This document shows, piece after piece, positions 1 through 9,850 of a stretch of 64,000 nucleotides of DNA (positions are counted from its first letter, which is position 1; each line of letters begins with the position of its first letter). The notes under the pieces were generated by a model. It was not told the DNA's origin and made no database searches. It worked only from the letters and a program-made list of their open reading frames with translations. Where the stretch lies: assembly GCA_965216195.1 (NCBI GenBank), contig OZ244151.1:2510761-2574760 (forward strand). Direction: 5' to 3'. Both the position numbers and the translations under genes were made by a program. The stretch is from Aridibacter sp. Its GTDB lineage: Bacteria > Acidobacteriota > Blastocatellia > Pyrinomonadales > Pyrinomonadaceae.

Positions 1-267
1 GGAGAAACAGGCACGCTCCAAAGAGCTTTCTTAAACGGTCCATGGTATTTTAACGCTGATGTCGGATTGATCAAAAATATTCGTTTCGGTGAAAGGTTCA
101 GAGTTCAGTTTAGGGCGGAAGCTTTTAACGTGCTGAATGCAACGAACTGGTTCATCGGCCAAAATACGAATACCTTTGATGTTGATTCAACGACATTTGG
201 TCAAATTCCGTTAACCAATAACTATCCGCCGCGTATCATGCAGTTTGCATTCAGATTTGAATTCTAA
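1..267 (+). CDS. TonB-dependent receptor / outer-membrane beta-barrel, C-terminal fragment (5' end outside window)
   Basis: Frame 1 is open from nt 1 (GETGTLQRAFLNGPWYFNADVGLIKNIRF...). The C-terminus ...RIMQFAFRFEF ends in an aromatic Phe, typical of OM barrels. A hairpin terminator follows. Confidence 0.6.
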   Translation, partial: GETGTLQRAFLNGPWYFNADVGLIKNIRFGERFRVQFRAEAFNVLNATNWFIGQNTNTFDVDSTTFGQIPLTNNYPPRIMQFAFRFEF

Positions 268-289
268 TTGCTGATCGTGTCGAGTAATT

Positions 290-326
290 GGGCGTTGTTT
301 CTTTTATGAAGCAACGCCCGTTTTTT
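290..326 (+). terminator. Rho-independent terminator
   Basis: GGGCGTTG (290-297) pairs with CAACGCCC (312-319). A T-run follows at 321-326. Confidence 0.7.
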
Positions 327-372
327 CGCATTCATCTGATAGGTTGTTCTATCCAAAATTTAAGGAGATATT

Positions 373-1251
373 ATGAAAAACCACGTGGTTAGATTTGGGG
401 TGCTCACCAGCATGCTGGCCCTCGCATTAACAGCTTTTGCAGGCTCTAAACAAAAAATTAAGCCAAAAGAGCTGATAGAAAAACATCGCCAGTCGATTGG
501 AAGTCCTCAGGCGCTCGCCGAAGTAAAATCAATTATGGCAGCAGGTACGTCAAGCGCCATATTCAAGGGCCGGGGAAAAGGTTTAACCGAGGGGATCGCT
601 GTAATTGCATCACAAGGTAACCGAAATATGATGGGCATGAAGTTCAATAACCCCGAGCATCAATTTGAAAAAATGGGTTTTGATGGTACCAACCTATCGG
701 TAGGCTTTACCAGCCCCGGAAAACGGTCAGTTTTGGGCGGATTTTTAAGGGTGAACGAGAAAACTTTCAAACGAGGTCTTCTCGGAGGCGCTTTGACAAC
801 ATCTTGGGAATTGCTCAATTATGATGAAAAAGTGGGTAAGCTAAAGTATCGGGGTAAAACCAAGGTTGATAAACGTCCAGCATATAAATTTGGCTACAAT
901 CTTCGTAAAGGTTCTGACTTAAATATCACTTTTTTCTTTGACGCTGAAACCTTTCGACACGTGAAAACAGAATACACACGTGTTTTCAGTTCTGGGATAG
1001 GTCGTGTTCGCGGCAACAATCAAAGTGCCGCAAGGGTAGATAATTCAGCCCAGCAAAGCGAGACCCGACATAAAATGACTGAAAAATTTGACGATTTCAA
1101 GCCCATCGGCAAACTAACTCTTCCGCATACGTATGAGATATTTCTCGAAATTCAGACCGGAAACGGAGCTACAAAAGATCATTTCACGATGAAGCTCGAA
1201 CAGTTTCGCTTTAATCAGGAATTTAAAGATGGCGATTTCAGAGTTGCATAG
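373..1251 (+). CDS. Secreted hypothetical protein (signal peptide; possible LolA-like fold, not established)
   Basis: AAGGAG Shine-Dalgarno lies 7 nt upstream. The N-terminus MKNHVVRFGVLTSMLALALTAFAGS looks like a signal peptide. No catalytic motif recognised. Confidence 0.7.
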   Translation: MKNHVVRFGVLTSMLALALTAFAGSKQKIKPKELIEKHRQSIGSPQALAEVKSIMAAGTSSAIFKGRGKGLTEGIAVIASQGNRNMMGMKFNNPEHQFEKMGFDGTNLSVGFTSPGKRSVLGGFLRVNEKTFKRGLLGGALTTSWELLNYDEKVGKLKYRGKTKVDKRPAYKFGYNLRKGSDLNITFFFDAETFRHVKTEYTRVFSSGIGRVRGNNQSAARVDNSAQQSETRHKMTEKFDDFKPIGKLTLPHTYEIFLEIQTGNGATKDHFTMKLEQFRFNQEFKDGDFRVA

Positions 1252-1277
1252 ATTCTATTTTTACTTTATGCACGTAA

Positions 1278-1308
1278 GAGTCCGGAAATAGGCCGGGCTC
1301 TTTTTTTT
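1278..1308 (+). terminator. Rho-independent terminator between convergent genes
   Basis: GAGTCCGG (1278-1285) pairs with CCGGGCTC (1293-1300), with one G-U pair. A T8 run follows at 1301-1308. Confidence 0.65.
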
Positions 1309-2716
1309 ATGTACGCGGAACAATATTGTAGCTTTTAATTTTTGAATTGAGAGTAGTGGCATTCAACCCTAGGAGACGTGCGGCACGCGACTGGTGTCCG
1401 CCCGTTTGCTCAAGGGCTCGCTGGATCATATCAATTTCAAATTTCTTAACCTCATCGTAAAACGTGACGCCTTGCGATATATCAATCTGAGCAGAGGTAC
1501 CGCTGCTATCAGCGATCATTTCCTGGGCGAGTTCGGGATCGAGCACCTCTGGACGTAAACATTCTTTCGTCAACTCATCGTTTGGCGCGATAACAACGGC
1601 ACGCTCAACAATGTTTTCGAGTTCCCTGACGTTTCCCGGATAATAGTAGCTCTCCAGGAGCGAAAGTACATCGGGCAAGATATTTGTCGATATTTCGCGA
1701 GCATTTTCTTCATTATATTTTGAGATGAAGTGTTTTACGAGCGGTAGAATATCCTCGCGGCGGTCGCGAAGGGGCGGCAATTCGACGGGTACGACTGAAA
1801 GCCGATAATAAAGATCTTCACGAAATGTTCCATTCTTCACGGCTTCTTTCAAATCGATATTTGTCGCCGCGATAATTCTTACGTCAACGGATATTTTTTT
1901 TGTTTCACCGAGCGGAGTAAACTCTCTTTCCTGTATCACACGCAACAGTCTGACTTGCGTTTCAGGACGTAAATCCCCAATCTCATCAAGAAATATCGTG
2001 CCTTCATTAGCGACTTCAAAAAGGCCCTTCTTTGCCGCAACCGCACCCGTAAAAGCACCTTTCGTGTGTCCAAAAAGTTCGCTTTCGAGAAGCTCCGAAG
2101 GAATATTCGAGCAATTCACCGCAACGAAAGGATTTTCTGATCTTGGGCTCGATTGATGAATAGCTTTCGCGATTACTTCTTTTCCAGTTCCGCTTTCGCC
2201 GGTTATGAGTACGGTCGAACGTGCGGGTGCGATGCGCTCAACAAGTCGGAAAATCTCTTCCATTTTGTCCGAGCTCCCGACAATCGAGTCCCGTTTTACA
2301 GAGCTTGCCATCACCTGACGAAGTGTGACGCGCTCTTCCTCATTTTTTCGCTTCTTGATACCTTTCGCCGTTAGAGCGAGAATTTGTTCGTTTTGAAATG
2401 GTTTTCTAATGCAACCGCTCGCACCTTTCTCCCAGGCCGAAATTGCGGTTTCAAATGTCGCAAATGCGGTCACGATCAAAACAACCGCCTCTCTATCCAT
2501 CTTGATCAACTCTTCGAGCGCGACAAGACCGCCCATACCCGGCATCGAAACGTCCATCAACACCACGTCGTAAGGCGCATTTTCGTAAGCTTCGAGTGCT
2601 TCTTCACCGGTTTTAGCCAGATCAACCTTATATCCAGCACCGGAAAGCACCGTTTCCAATACGTCGCGCATAATCTCTTCGTCGTCACAGACTAAAACTC
2701 TACCTTTCTTCGCCAT
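1307..2716 (-). CDS. Sigma-54-dependent response regulator (NtrC family: REC + AAA+ sigma-54 activator + Fis-type HTH)
   Basis: REC domain with DDEEIMRD...[12 protein letters not shown]. Walker A GESGTGKE, the GAFTGA loop (KGAFTGA) and ESELFGH are present. C-terminal [17 protein letters not shown]. Confidence 0.92.
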   Translation of the reverse strand: MAKKGRVLVCDDEEIMRDVLETVLSGAGYKVDLAKTGEEALEAYENAPYDVVLMDVSMPGMGGLVALEELIKMDREAVVLIVTAFATFETAISAWEKGASGCIRKPFQNEQILALTAKGIKKRKNEEERVTLRQVMASSVKRDSIVGSSDKMEEIFRLVERIAPARSTVLITGESGTGKEVIAKAIHQSSPRSENPFVAVNCSNIPSELLESELFGHTKGAFTGAVAAKKGLFEVANEGTIFLDEIGDLRPETQVRLLRVIQEREFTPLGETKKISVDVRIIAATNIDLKEAVKNGTFREDLYYRLSVVPVELPPLRDRREDILPLVKHFISKYNEENAREISTNILPDVLSLLESYYYPGNVRELENIVERAVVIAPNDELTKECLRPEVLDPELAQEMIADSSGTSAQIDISQGVTFYDEVKKFEIDMIQRALEQTGGHQSRAARLLGLNATTLNSKIKSYNIVPRT

Positions 2717-2848
2717 AAACTTTGAATATAACAGACTTTACCAAAAATCTTGAACTCAAAACCTCTAGATCCCGGAGTGAATCACAAACTAGCCGAAATG
2801 ACCGTTTCTTCCATAGTTCGAACACGAGTTTTGCGGTAATATTGTCCC

Positions 2849-3436
2849 GTGACCTACGAATTATCCGCATCAGCATACGATTCGATGATGGAGCCCTTAG
2901 AACGCCGATTTTTAGCTTCCTGGCGGCGCGAAACCCTCTCCAATCTTCCAAGTAATGGGAAAATCCTTGAAATCGGCGCAGGCACGGGACTGAACTTCTC
3001 AATTTATCCCCAAAACCAAAAAAATGTAACCGCCAGTGAAATTTCGATCGAAATGCTGCAATTCGCGAAAACTCGATCAAACGAAATAAACTTGGTACAG
3101 GCTGACGCGGAAGAGCTGCCTTTTAATGAAGACTCATTCGATGCCGCCGTTGCTACACTAGTTTTTTGTTCGATTCCAAAACCTGAAAAAGCCTTCGCCG
3201 AACTCCAGAGAGTTCTAAAAGCGAAGGGCCGAATCGTACTGCTGGAGCATGTTCGTCCAAACGGCTTGTTTGGTTATCTGTTTGACGTTATAAATCCCCT
3301 CACAGTTGCTTTATTCGAGGATCATTTCAACAGGAAAACGGCGGAGGTTGCTGAGAAATCAGGGCTTAGAATTGCCAAGATCAGAAAAAAAGCTTTTGGG
3401 GTCGTAAACCTTATCGTTTGCGATGTAGTAAAGTAA
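2849..3436 (+). CDS. Class I SAM-dependent methyltransferase
   Basis: GTG start. SAM-binding motif ILEIGAGTGLN, and acidic loop motif ADAEELPF. Confidence 0.8.
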   Translation: MTYELSASAYDSMMEPLERRFLASWRRETLSNLPSNGKILEIGAGTGLNFSIYPQNQKNVTASEISIEMLQFAKTRSNEINLVQADAEELPFNEDSFDAAVATLVFCSIPKPEKAFAELQRVLKAKGRIVLLEHVRPNGLFGYLFDVINPLTVALFEDHFNRKTAEVAEKSGLRIAKIRKKAFGVVNLIVCDVVK

Positions 3437-3579
3437 AAGTAGTAGCTGATTATTAACCGGAACTGTAGATCCACACATTCTACGTTTTCAGCGAAATCAA
3501 ACCTTTTGTGCTTTTTATACGTAAGAGCAGGTGTCTCCAAAGGACCAAGTTACCGAACCGGTAACCAGCTAAGAAAATT

Positions 3580-5367
3580 ATGGCAATGTCTAAAACAGCG
3601 AAAGTAATTCTTGTTCTCGGCGCGATTTTTCTCGTCGTGGTTCTTGTTTCAGTGATCGGGCTGGCCTTGCTCGCAGAAAGTCTCGGAAAGCCGAGTGTGC
3701 CCGACAATAGCGTTCTCGTTTTAAAGGTCACGGGCTCTCTGCCGGATCACGCGCCCGAAGACCCAATGGCAGAATATCTAGGTATAAGTCAGCCTCAGTC
3801 GTTTTCAAGTCTGCTTACGCAATTGAGAAAAGCGAAGGCAGATAAACGCCTGGGCGGGGTTTTGCTCGATATCAAATTCCCGCAAATCGGCTGGGGCAAA
3901 GCGGACGAATTACGTGCCGCAATAAAAGATGTCAGAAAATCTGGAAAACCTGTTTACGCGTACCTCGAACTCGGAATGAATCAGGACTACTACATTGCCA
4001 CGGCAGCCGACAGGATTTACATGCCTCCAGCTGGAGATATATACGCAAACGGTTTTTCGGCAAATGCAACGTTTTATAAAGGTTCGCTCGATAAGTTGGG
4101 AATTGAAACGGACGTAATTAAAATTGGAAAGTATAAGAGCGCTCCGGAAAGATTTACCCGAAAAGATATGTCCGATGGGCAGCGGGAGGTAATCAATGCG
4201 ATTCTCGATGAATACTACGGAAGATTTGTTGAGGCTATCGCCGAATCACGGAAAAAATCACCGGAAGACGTAAAAGCATTAATTGATAATGCTCCCTACC
4301 ACGGCGTTGCTGCAAAAGAAATCGGTTTAACGGATGGCGCCCTTTATCGAGATGAGGTTTATAAGGAACTCAAACAGCAGCTTGGCTACAAGGAAGGTGA
4401 TGAGATTCGTTTGGTTGGAGGAAAGTCCTACCGCGATATTTCTTCCGAATCGCTCGGGCTCAATAAAGGTGAGCGTATAGCGGTAGTTTATGCGACTGGA
4501 GCGATCAATTTGGGCAGTTCTTCAGACAGCCCGATCGGCGGTAAAACCCTCGGTGCCGATACTATCGTTCGTGCGGTAAACAAAGCTGCACGCGATAAAT
4601 CGATTAAGGCGATTGTTTTAAGGGTTGACAGCCCGGGAGGCTCGGCGTTGGCGTCAGACCTCATGTGGCGTGCGCTGGAAAGAGCGAAAGAAAAGAAACC
4701 TCTCGTAGTTTCGATGGGCGACGTAGCTGCGTCCGGCGGCTACTACATTGCTTGCAATGCAAATAAAATTGTTGCGGAGCCTTCGACGATTACAGGCTCA
4801 ATTGGTGTGTTTATGGGCAAACCTGTTATGAAAGGATTTTACGATTGGCTCGGAATGACAAACGAAGTGATTTCCCGCGGAGAAAACTCAGGTATTTTTC
4901 GAGAAGATGTAAAATGGACCGAAAAAGAACGCGCCAAAATGTTGGATCAAGCCAATAAAGTCTATTATTCAGACTTTGTTCCGAAGGTCGCAAAAGGACG
5001 GAACATGGACAGCGAAAAAGTCGATTCATTGGGTCAGGGACGGGTTTGGACCGGAGCGCAGGCAAAAGAGCGTGGGCTCGTAGACGAAATCGGCGGACTT
5101 GAAAAGGCAATTGCGGTTGCAAAAGAGCTCGCGAAAATCCCTGCGGAAGATGAAGTTCAAAGAGTCGCTTATCCGGCTCCCCGATCGATGTTTAGCCGTT
5201 ACTTCGGAAGCGAAGATCGAACCTTCAGTCAGGCCAAATTCGAACAACGCATTGCGGAAAAATTGCCAAAGGATGTAACACGAGCGTTTCGCTACGCGCA
5301 GCTTTTTGATCAAATGAAACGCGGCGACGCCATGATGCTTCTGCCCTACGAGCTTGAGATCAGATAG
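3580..5367 (+). CDS. sppA: Signal peptide peptidase SppA, 67K type
   Basis: N-terminal TM anchor and two S49 domains. Motifs RVDSPGGSA and GDVAASGGYYIA. Confidence 0.9.
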   Translation: MAMSKTAKVILVLGAIFLVVVLVSVIGLALLAESLGKPSVPDNSVLVLKVTGSLPDHAPEDPMAEYLGISQPQSFSSLLTQLRKAKADKRLGGVLLDIKFPQIGWGKADELRAAIKDVRKSGKPVYAYLELGMNQDYYIATAADRIYMPPAGDIYANGFSANATFYKGSLDKLGIETDVIKIGKYKSAPERFTRKDMSDGQREVINAILDEYYGRFVEAIAESRKKSPEDVKALIDNAPYHGVAAKEIGLTDGALYRDEVYKELKQQLGYKEGDEIRLVGGKSYRDISSESLGLNKGERIAVVYATGAINLGSSSDSPIGGKTLGADTIVRAVNKAARDKSIKAIVLRVDSPGGSALASDLMWRALERAKEKKPLVVSMGDVAASGGYYIACNANKIVAEPSTITGSIGVFMGKPVMKGFYDWLGMTNEVISRGENSGIFREDVKWTEKERAKMLDQANKVYYSDFVPKVAKGRNMDSEKVDSLGQGRVWTGAQAKERGLVDEIGGLEKAIAVAKELAKIPAEDEVQRVAYPAPRSMFSRYFGSEDRTFSQAKFEQRIAEKLPKDVTRAFRYAQLFDQMKRGDAMMLLPYELEIR

Positions 5368-5392
5368 CAGCTAGCATTAGATTAAGCAGAAT

Positions 5393-5425
5393 AAGCGGGC
5401 TTCGGCTCGCTTTTTCTATTTTTTT
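5393..5425 (+). terminator. Rho-independent terminator after sppA
   Basis: AAGCGGGC-TTCG-GCTCGCTT forms an 8-bp stem with a UUCG loop. A T-rich tract follows. Confidence 0.7.
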
Positions 5426-5537
5426 AACCGATATCGTTAAACCCGTTACGACATCGTAGCCTCAAAACTCGATTTCGAACACCTCCCGAACCCATAAACA
5501 TAACAATATAAAGAGCTTAACATCTGCTCAGAACTCT

Positions 5538-5553
5538 TGGCACGGTGGTTGCA
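5538..5553 (+). promoter_or_regulatory. Sigma-54 (-24/-12) promoter
   Basis: TGGCACG-GTGG-TTGCA exactly matches the consensus TGGCACG-N4-TTGCW. It lies 78 nt upstream of the ATG at 5631 and is followed by AAGGAG at 5618-5623. Confidence 0.7.
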
Positions 5554-5630
5554 GTAGAAGCTTGTGTATTAGGCAGAACCACCGAATTTAGATTCGCTGC
5601 CGCATTAAGCAACATTTAAGGAGAAAAATC

Positions 5631-6638
5631 ATGGGTCGCTATAAAAAATTACTTTCAATCGTTTCGCTTGCAGTGATGACGATGAGTTTATCTATAGTCG
5701 CGTCCGCACAATGGCGCGACAGCCGTGGTAACGGTGGTTACTACGGTAATAATCAGTACAGGAACTTAAATTCAACGATAAAAAACCTGCGCTCTAAAGC
5801 CAGCAGATTTAAGTCGGACCTTGACCACGAACTGGATCGAAGTACCTACAATGGAACTCGCTACGAAGACGACCTCAACCGCCTGGCTGGAGACTTTAGG
5901 AGTGCAGTCAGAAGACTCGACGGCGCATACGATAATAATCGCGATTATGATCGCAGTCGAGACGAAGCTCAACGTGTCCTGAGATATGGATCGCAGCTCA
6001 ACAGTGCTCTTTCGCGTGCAAGAATCAACAGAAACCGCACACTAAGCAGCCAATGGAACAGCATTCAGCGAGATTTGCGTACGATATCAAATGCCTATGG
6101 TTACAACTCCTATAACAACCGCAACGGGCGCTATAATCCAAACCGTAGAGGAACCTACAATCGAAATCGGAGAACGAACAATAGTCGGCGCGGTACGATT
6201 TACGGTCGCGATAACCGGCGGGGTAGATACAATCAAAATCTGCGCTACACAATCTCTAACCTAAAAAGGAAGGCTAATCGATTTGAAGACCTGATGGACA
6301 ACAAGCGCCACCGAAACCGCAACGGAAGCCGATACGGACGCACCAATTTGGAATCACTCGCAGATCGTTTTCTCGATGCCGCAAAAGACCTCGAGGATGA
6401 GTACGATGGCGGAAGAGACCATTACAAGAGTCGAGATGAAGTCGACCGTGTCCTGCGTCTTGGAAGCGAAATTAGCAGAGAGATTTCGCGCGGTTCGGCA
6501 AGTCGCACCGCACGGAGCCAGTGGCGACAGATCGAGCAGGATCTTCGAACGATTGCACGAGCTTACAATCTCCGATACAACGGCAATAGCGGCCGCCTCG
6601 GCAGAATAAGCGATATTTGGAACAACTTTCCGTTCTAA
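5631..6638 (+). CDS. Secreted Arg/Asn/Tyr/Asp-rich protein with an internal two-fold repeat; function unknown
   Basis: Signal peptide MGRYKKLLSIVSLAVMTMSLSIVASA. Two ~115-aa units (about nt 5763-6111 and 6237-6605) share NL..TI.NL..KA.RF...YD..RD...SRDE..RVLR.GS...SQW..I..DLRTI..AY. Confidence 0.75.
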   Translation: MGRYKKLLSIVSLAVMTMSLSIVASAQWRDSRGNGGYYGNNQYRNLNSTIKNLRSKASRFKSDLDHELDRSTYNGTRYEDDLNRLAGDFRSAVRRLDGAYDNNRDYDRSRDEAQRVLRYGSQLNSALSRARINRNRTLSSQWNSIQRDLRTISNAYGYNSYNNRNGRYNPNRRGTYNRNRRTNNSRRGTIYGRDNRRGRYNQNLRYTISNLKRKANRFEDLMDNKRHRNRNGSRYGRTNLESLADRFLDAAKDLEDEYDGGRDHYKSRDEVDRVLRLGSEISREISRGSASRTARSQWRQIEQDLRTIARAYNLRYNGNSGRLGRISDIWNNFPF

Positions 6639-6669
6639 GTATTAAAGGAGATTACGAGAGCTTACTTAA

Positions 6670-6701
6670 AGAGCTGCCTGAACGGCGGCTCTCTTTTTTT
6701 T
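6670..6701 (+). terminator. Rho-independent terminator
   Basis: AGAGCTGCC pairs with GGCGGCTCT (9 bp, one G-U pair). A T8 run follows. Confidence 0.7.
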
Positions 6702-6784
6702 GCGTTCCACATGTTCGAAAAGACATTGAGCACGATCTTAGGTAGAATTTACGGAATAGAAACTATTTAAGAGGAACCCTAATA

Positions 6785-8950
6785 ATGATCAGACAATATA
6801 AAACACAATTTGGATCGATAATATTGGTATTTACAGTTTTGTTTGCTTCCATTACGTTTGTCTTCGCTCGCGTCGACGAAGGAATGTTTACGCCGGACAA
6901 AATCAAGGATCTATCGTTGGCTAAACGTGGGTTAAAGATCAAGCCAAGCGACATCTATGACCCGAAAAATGGAGGAATTTCTGAAGCGATCATTCGTCTT
7001 GATTCCGGTTGTACAGGTGAATTCATCTCTCCAAAGGGATTAATTCTTACCAACCACCACTGCGGCTACGATGCGCTCGTTTCGGCCTCAACTAAAGAAA
7101 GAAACTATGCTGAGATAGGTTTTAAAGCGCATTCAATGAAAGGGGAGATTCCGGCTAAAGGATATTCGATCAGCATCCCGATCAGGGTTGAAGACGTTAC
7201 CGCAAAAATAACTGCGGGGACTCAGGCACTAACCGGTGATGCCCTGGCAAATACGATAAAAAGAAACATAGCAAACCTGCAAAAGGCGGAATCTCAAAAA
7301 ATCACGGCGGGAAACACGGTCAGCATCCGCTCTGTCAGCAACGGATACTTCTACTATCTGTACGAAAATAAGCAAATCAAGGATATACGTGTGGTTTATG
7401 CGCCATCGAGCGACATCGGCATCTACGGCGGCGACCCTGATAACTTCGAATGGACAAGACATACTGGTGATTTCACATTCCTGCGTGCTTACGTTTCGCC
7501 CGATGGAAAGGCAACCGGGTATTCCACCAACAATGTCCCTTTTAAACCTCGTAGATTCCTAACGATTTCGTTTAACGGCGTAAAAGAAAACGATTTTGTT
7601 TTCGTTATGGGAAACCCCGGCGGTACAACGAGATATCGCGAAAGCCAATCGATCAAATACGCGGAAAAGGTTAACTTTCCATTCTTATACAGATACCTGA
7701 CCGCTTGGATCAGCGGACTCGAAAAGGTAGGCGCTGCCGACGAAGATAAACGAATCGCACTTCAAAGTCGGGTGGCTGGTCTCAGAAATGCCCAAAAGTT
7801 GTTTGGTGGTGGAGCGATCGCCCTTAGGAGAGGCGGTGCCACTGGGATGAGACGCGCAGAAGAAGCTAGATTCCAAACATGGGCAAATGCACAACCTGGC
7901 AGAAAAGCAAAATATGGCGAGCTACTTAGCAATATTTCGAGAGTCTGGAGGGAAACGAACCCAACACCCGCTCGTGACCGTTTGCTTCGCACTGTTCCAA
8001 GTTATGGAAGTTCTCCGGTTTATCGCCAGGTGGTCGACGCCTTTGCTGCTGTAAAGAACGGTACGACGCTTTCCGACAAAAAGCGGAAGCAAATCGCGGG
8101 AACCCTTGGCGCCTGGGAGCCGCTGGTCGAACGCGAAGTTCTGCGGTATCTATTCAAAGACATTAGCAAGCTCCCAACCAACCAACGATTTGTCGCGGCA
8201 GACAAAATACTTGCCAAGCCGGGTGCGGAAGACAAAATCATTGGGCAATTGGTCGATTCGGGGGATTTCAATTCGGCAGCAAAAATCGCAGCGATTTACT
8301 CGATGTCGCTAGATCAAATAAAAGCCAAATGGGGAGATTTGGCTAATCTGGCGCTCGCTCACGGAGATGAGTTAAGACCGATTTCGGAGCGCGCTGCGAA
8401 ATTCGGACCGGCGATTAGTTCCCTGCGGCTTGACTATATGCGCGGAATGATTGAGATGAAAGGTATTACACCTTACCCCGACGCCAATTTCACGCAGCGA
8501 TTCACCTTTGGAAACGTCAAAGGTTACCGACCGCGAGAAGCAGTAATTTACGAGCCGTTCACGAGTTTGAAAGGGATCTTGGAAAAAGACACCGGGGTGT
8601 TTCCATTCGATGCGCCCGATAAACTCCGTGACCTCCAAAACAGGAAAGATTTTGGACGATACGCTTCAGGCGACAGTGTTCCGGTAAATTTCCTATCAAC
8701 CAATGACATCATTGGCGGAAATAGCGGAAGTCCTGTGTTGAACGCGTGGGGGGAGCAAGTCGGACTGGTCTTTGACGGTAACTACGAGGGCTTGGGCAAC
8801 GATCTCTTTTTTAACCCCGATTACGGTAGAACAATCTCTGTAGATATCCGCTACGTATTTTTCATCGCGGAAAAGTATGACAATATGCGTTGGTTAGTTG
8901 ATGAGATCAAGATCGCCGCTCCAAAAGCAAGAGCAAAACGTGCGAGATAG
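6785..8950 (+). CDS. S46 family dipeptidyl-peptidase (DPP7/DPP11-like serine peptidase)
   Basis: Signal peptide. Catalytic His context LILTNHHCG and catalytic Ser context IIGGNSGSPVLN. The ~720-aa size fits the family. Confidence 0.88.
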   Translation: MIRQYKTQFGSIILVFTVLFASITFVFARVDEGMFTPDKIKDLSLAKRGLKIKPSDIYDPKNGGISEAIIRLDSGCTGEFISPKGLILTNHHCGYDALVSASTKERNYAEIGFKAHSMKGEIPAKGYSISIPIRVEDVTAKITAGTQALTGDALANTIKRNIANLQKAESQKITAGNTVSIRSVSNGYFYYLYENKQIKDIRVVYAPSSDIGIYGGDPDNFEWTRHTGDFTFLRAYVSPDGKATGYSTNNVPFKPRRFLTISFNGVKENDFVFVMGNPGGTTRYRESQSIKYAEKVNFPFLYRYLTAWISGLEKVGAADEDKRIALQSRVAGLRNAQKLFGGGAIALRRGGATGMRRAEEARFQTWANAQPGRKAKYGELLSNISRVWRETNPTPARDRLLRTVPSYGSSPVYRQVVDAFAAVKNGTTLSDKKRKQIAGTLGAWEPLVEREVLRYLFKDISKLPTNQRFVAADKILAKPGAEDKIIGQLVDSGDFNSAAKIAAIYSMSLDQIKAKWGDLANLALAHGDELRPISERAAKFGPAISSLRLDYMRGMIEMKGITPYPDANFTQRFTFGNVKGYRPREAVIYEPFTSLKGILEKDTGVFPFDAPDKLRDLQNRKDFGRYASGDSVPVNFLSTNDIIGGNSGSPVLNAWGEQVGLVFDGNYEGLGNDLFFNPDYGRTISVDIRYVFFIAEKYDNMRWLVDEIKIAAPKARAKRAR

Positions 8951-8966
8951 TTCATCGCCATCAGAG

Positions 8967-9008
8967 AGCGTGTGTAAGTAAAGTCCACGCGCTTTCAATT
9001 CTTTTTTT
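8967..9008 (+). terminator. Probable terminator after S46 peptidase gene
   Basis: AGCGTGTG pairs with CACGCGCT (8 bp, one G-U pair). The T7 run begins 6 nt further on. Confidence 0.45.
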
Positions 9009-9013
9009 GACTT

Positions 9014-9850
9014 ATGATTGGAACCTTGTATCTGGTCGCTACCCCAATCGGCAACCTGCAGGACATTTCATTTCGCGCCATCGAAGTCTTGAAAACTGTA
9101 GATATTGTTGCGTGCGAAGATACACGTCATACAGCGAAACTCCTGAATCACTTTAGCATTTTTAAGAAGCTGATTAGCTACCACGAACACAACGAGTTGA
9201 AACGCGCCGATGAGCTTGGCGAACTGTTAAGAATCGGGAAGTCAATCGCTGTGTTGACCGATGCCGGCACGCCAGGCATTTCTGATCCGAGTTTTCGAAT
9301 CGTGCAAAAAGCGCACGAAATAGGCGCGAAAATAACGCCTCTACCTGGAGCCGTTGCCTTTGTCAACGCTCTGATTGTTTCCGGTTTACCTACTGACTCA
9401 GTTTTCTTCGGAGGTTTTTTACCGTCAAAAAAAGGCGACCGAAAAAAGCGTTTGAAGGAAGTCAAAAACATTCCCGCAACACTTTGTTTCTATGAAACAC
9501 CACGTCGAATTGGAAAATCTCTGGCCGACTGCTCCGATATCTTAGGAAACCGGAAGGCGGCGGTTGTTCGCGAACTCACAAAAATTCATGAGGAAGTAGT
9601 TGCGGGAAGTTTAGACGAAATATCTGCGCGGTTTTCAGAAAAATCCACAAAAGGTGAAATAGTCTTAATAATCGACCGTCATACTCCCGAGTCAGAGAAA
9701 AGTGTGCCTGAAAAAAGTATTCATGAACGTGTCTCCGAACTCGAAAGTAACGGTCTGGAACACAAAAGGGCATTGAAAAAGGCTTCGAAGGAGTTTGGGG
9801 TAAGCAAATCCGAAGCCTATCGTATGTTTCAATCCGAAAAGGATGCCTAG
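9014..9850 (+). CDS. rsmI: 16S rRNA (cytidine1402-2'-O)-methyltransferase
   Basis: The N-terminus GTLYLVATPIGNLQDISFRAIEVLK...ACEDTR is typical of RsmI tetrapyrrole-methylase-fold enzymes. Confidence 0.9.
   Translation: MIGTLYLVATPIGNLQDISFRAIEVLKTVDIVACEDTRHTAKLLNHFSIFKKLISYHEHNELKRADELGELLRIGKSIAVLTDAGTPGISDPSFRIVQKAHEIGAKITPLPGAVAFVNALIVSGLPTDSVFFGGFLPSKKGDRKKRLKEVKNIPATLCFYETPRRIGKSLADCSDILGNRKAAVVRELTKIHEEVVAGSLDEISARFSEKSTKGEIVLIIDRHTPESEKSVPEKSIHERVSELESNGLEHKRALKKASKEFGVSKSEAYRMFQSEKDA

Noticed and set aside
2700-3080. 126-aa minus-strand ORF spanning the NtrC-methyltransferase divergent region.
   Set aside because: It overlaps the start of both better-supported genes and has Arg/Phe-rich composition without motifs.
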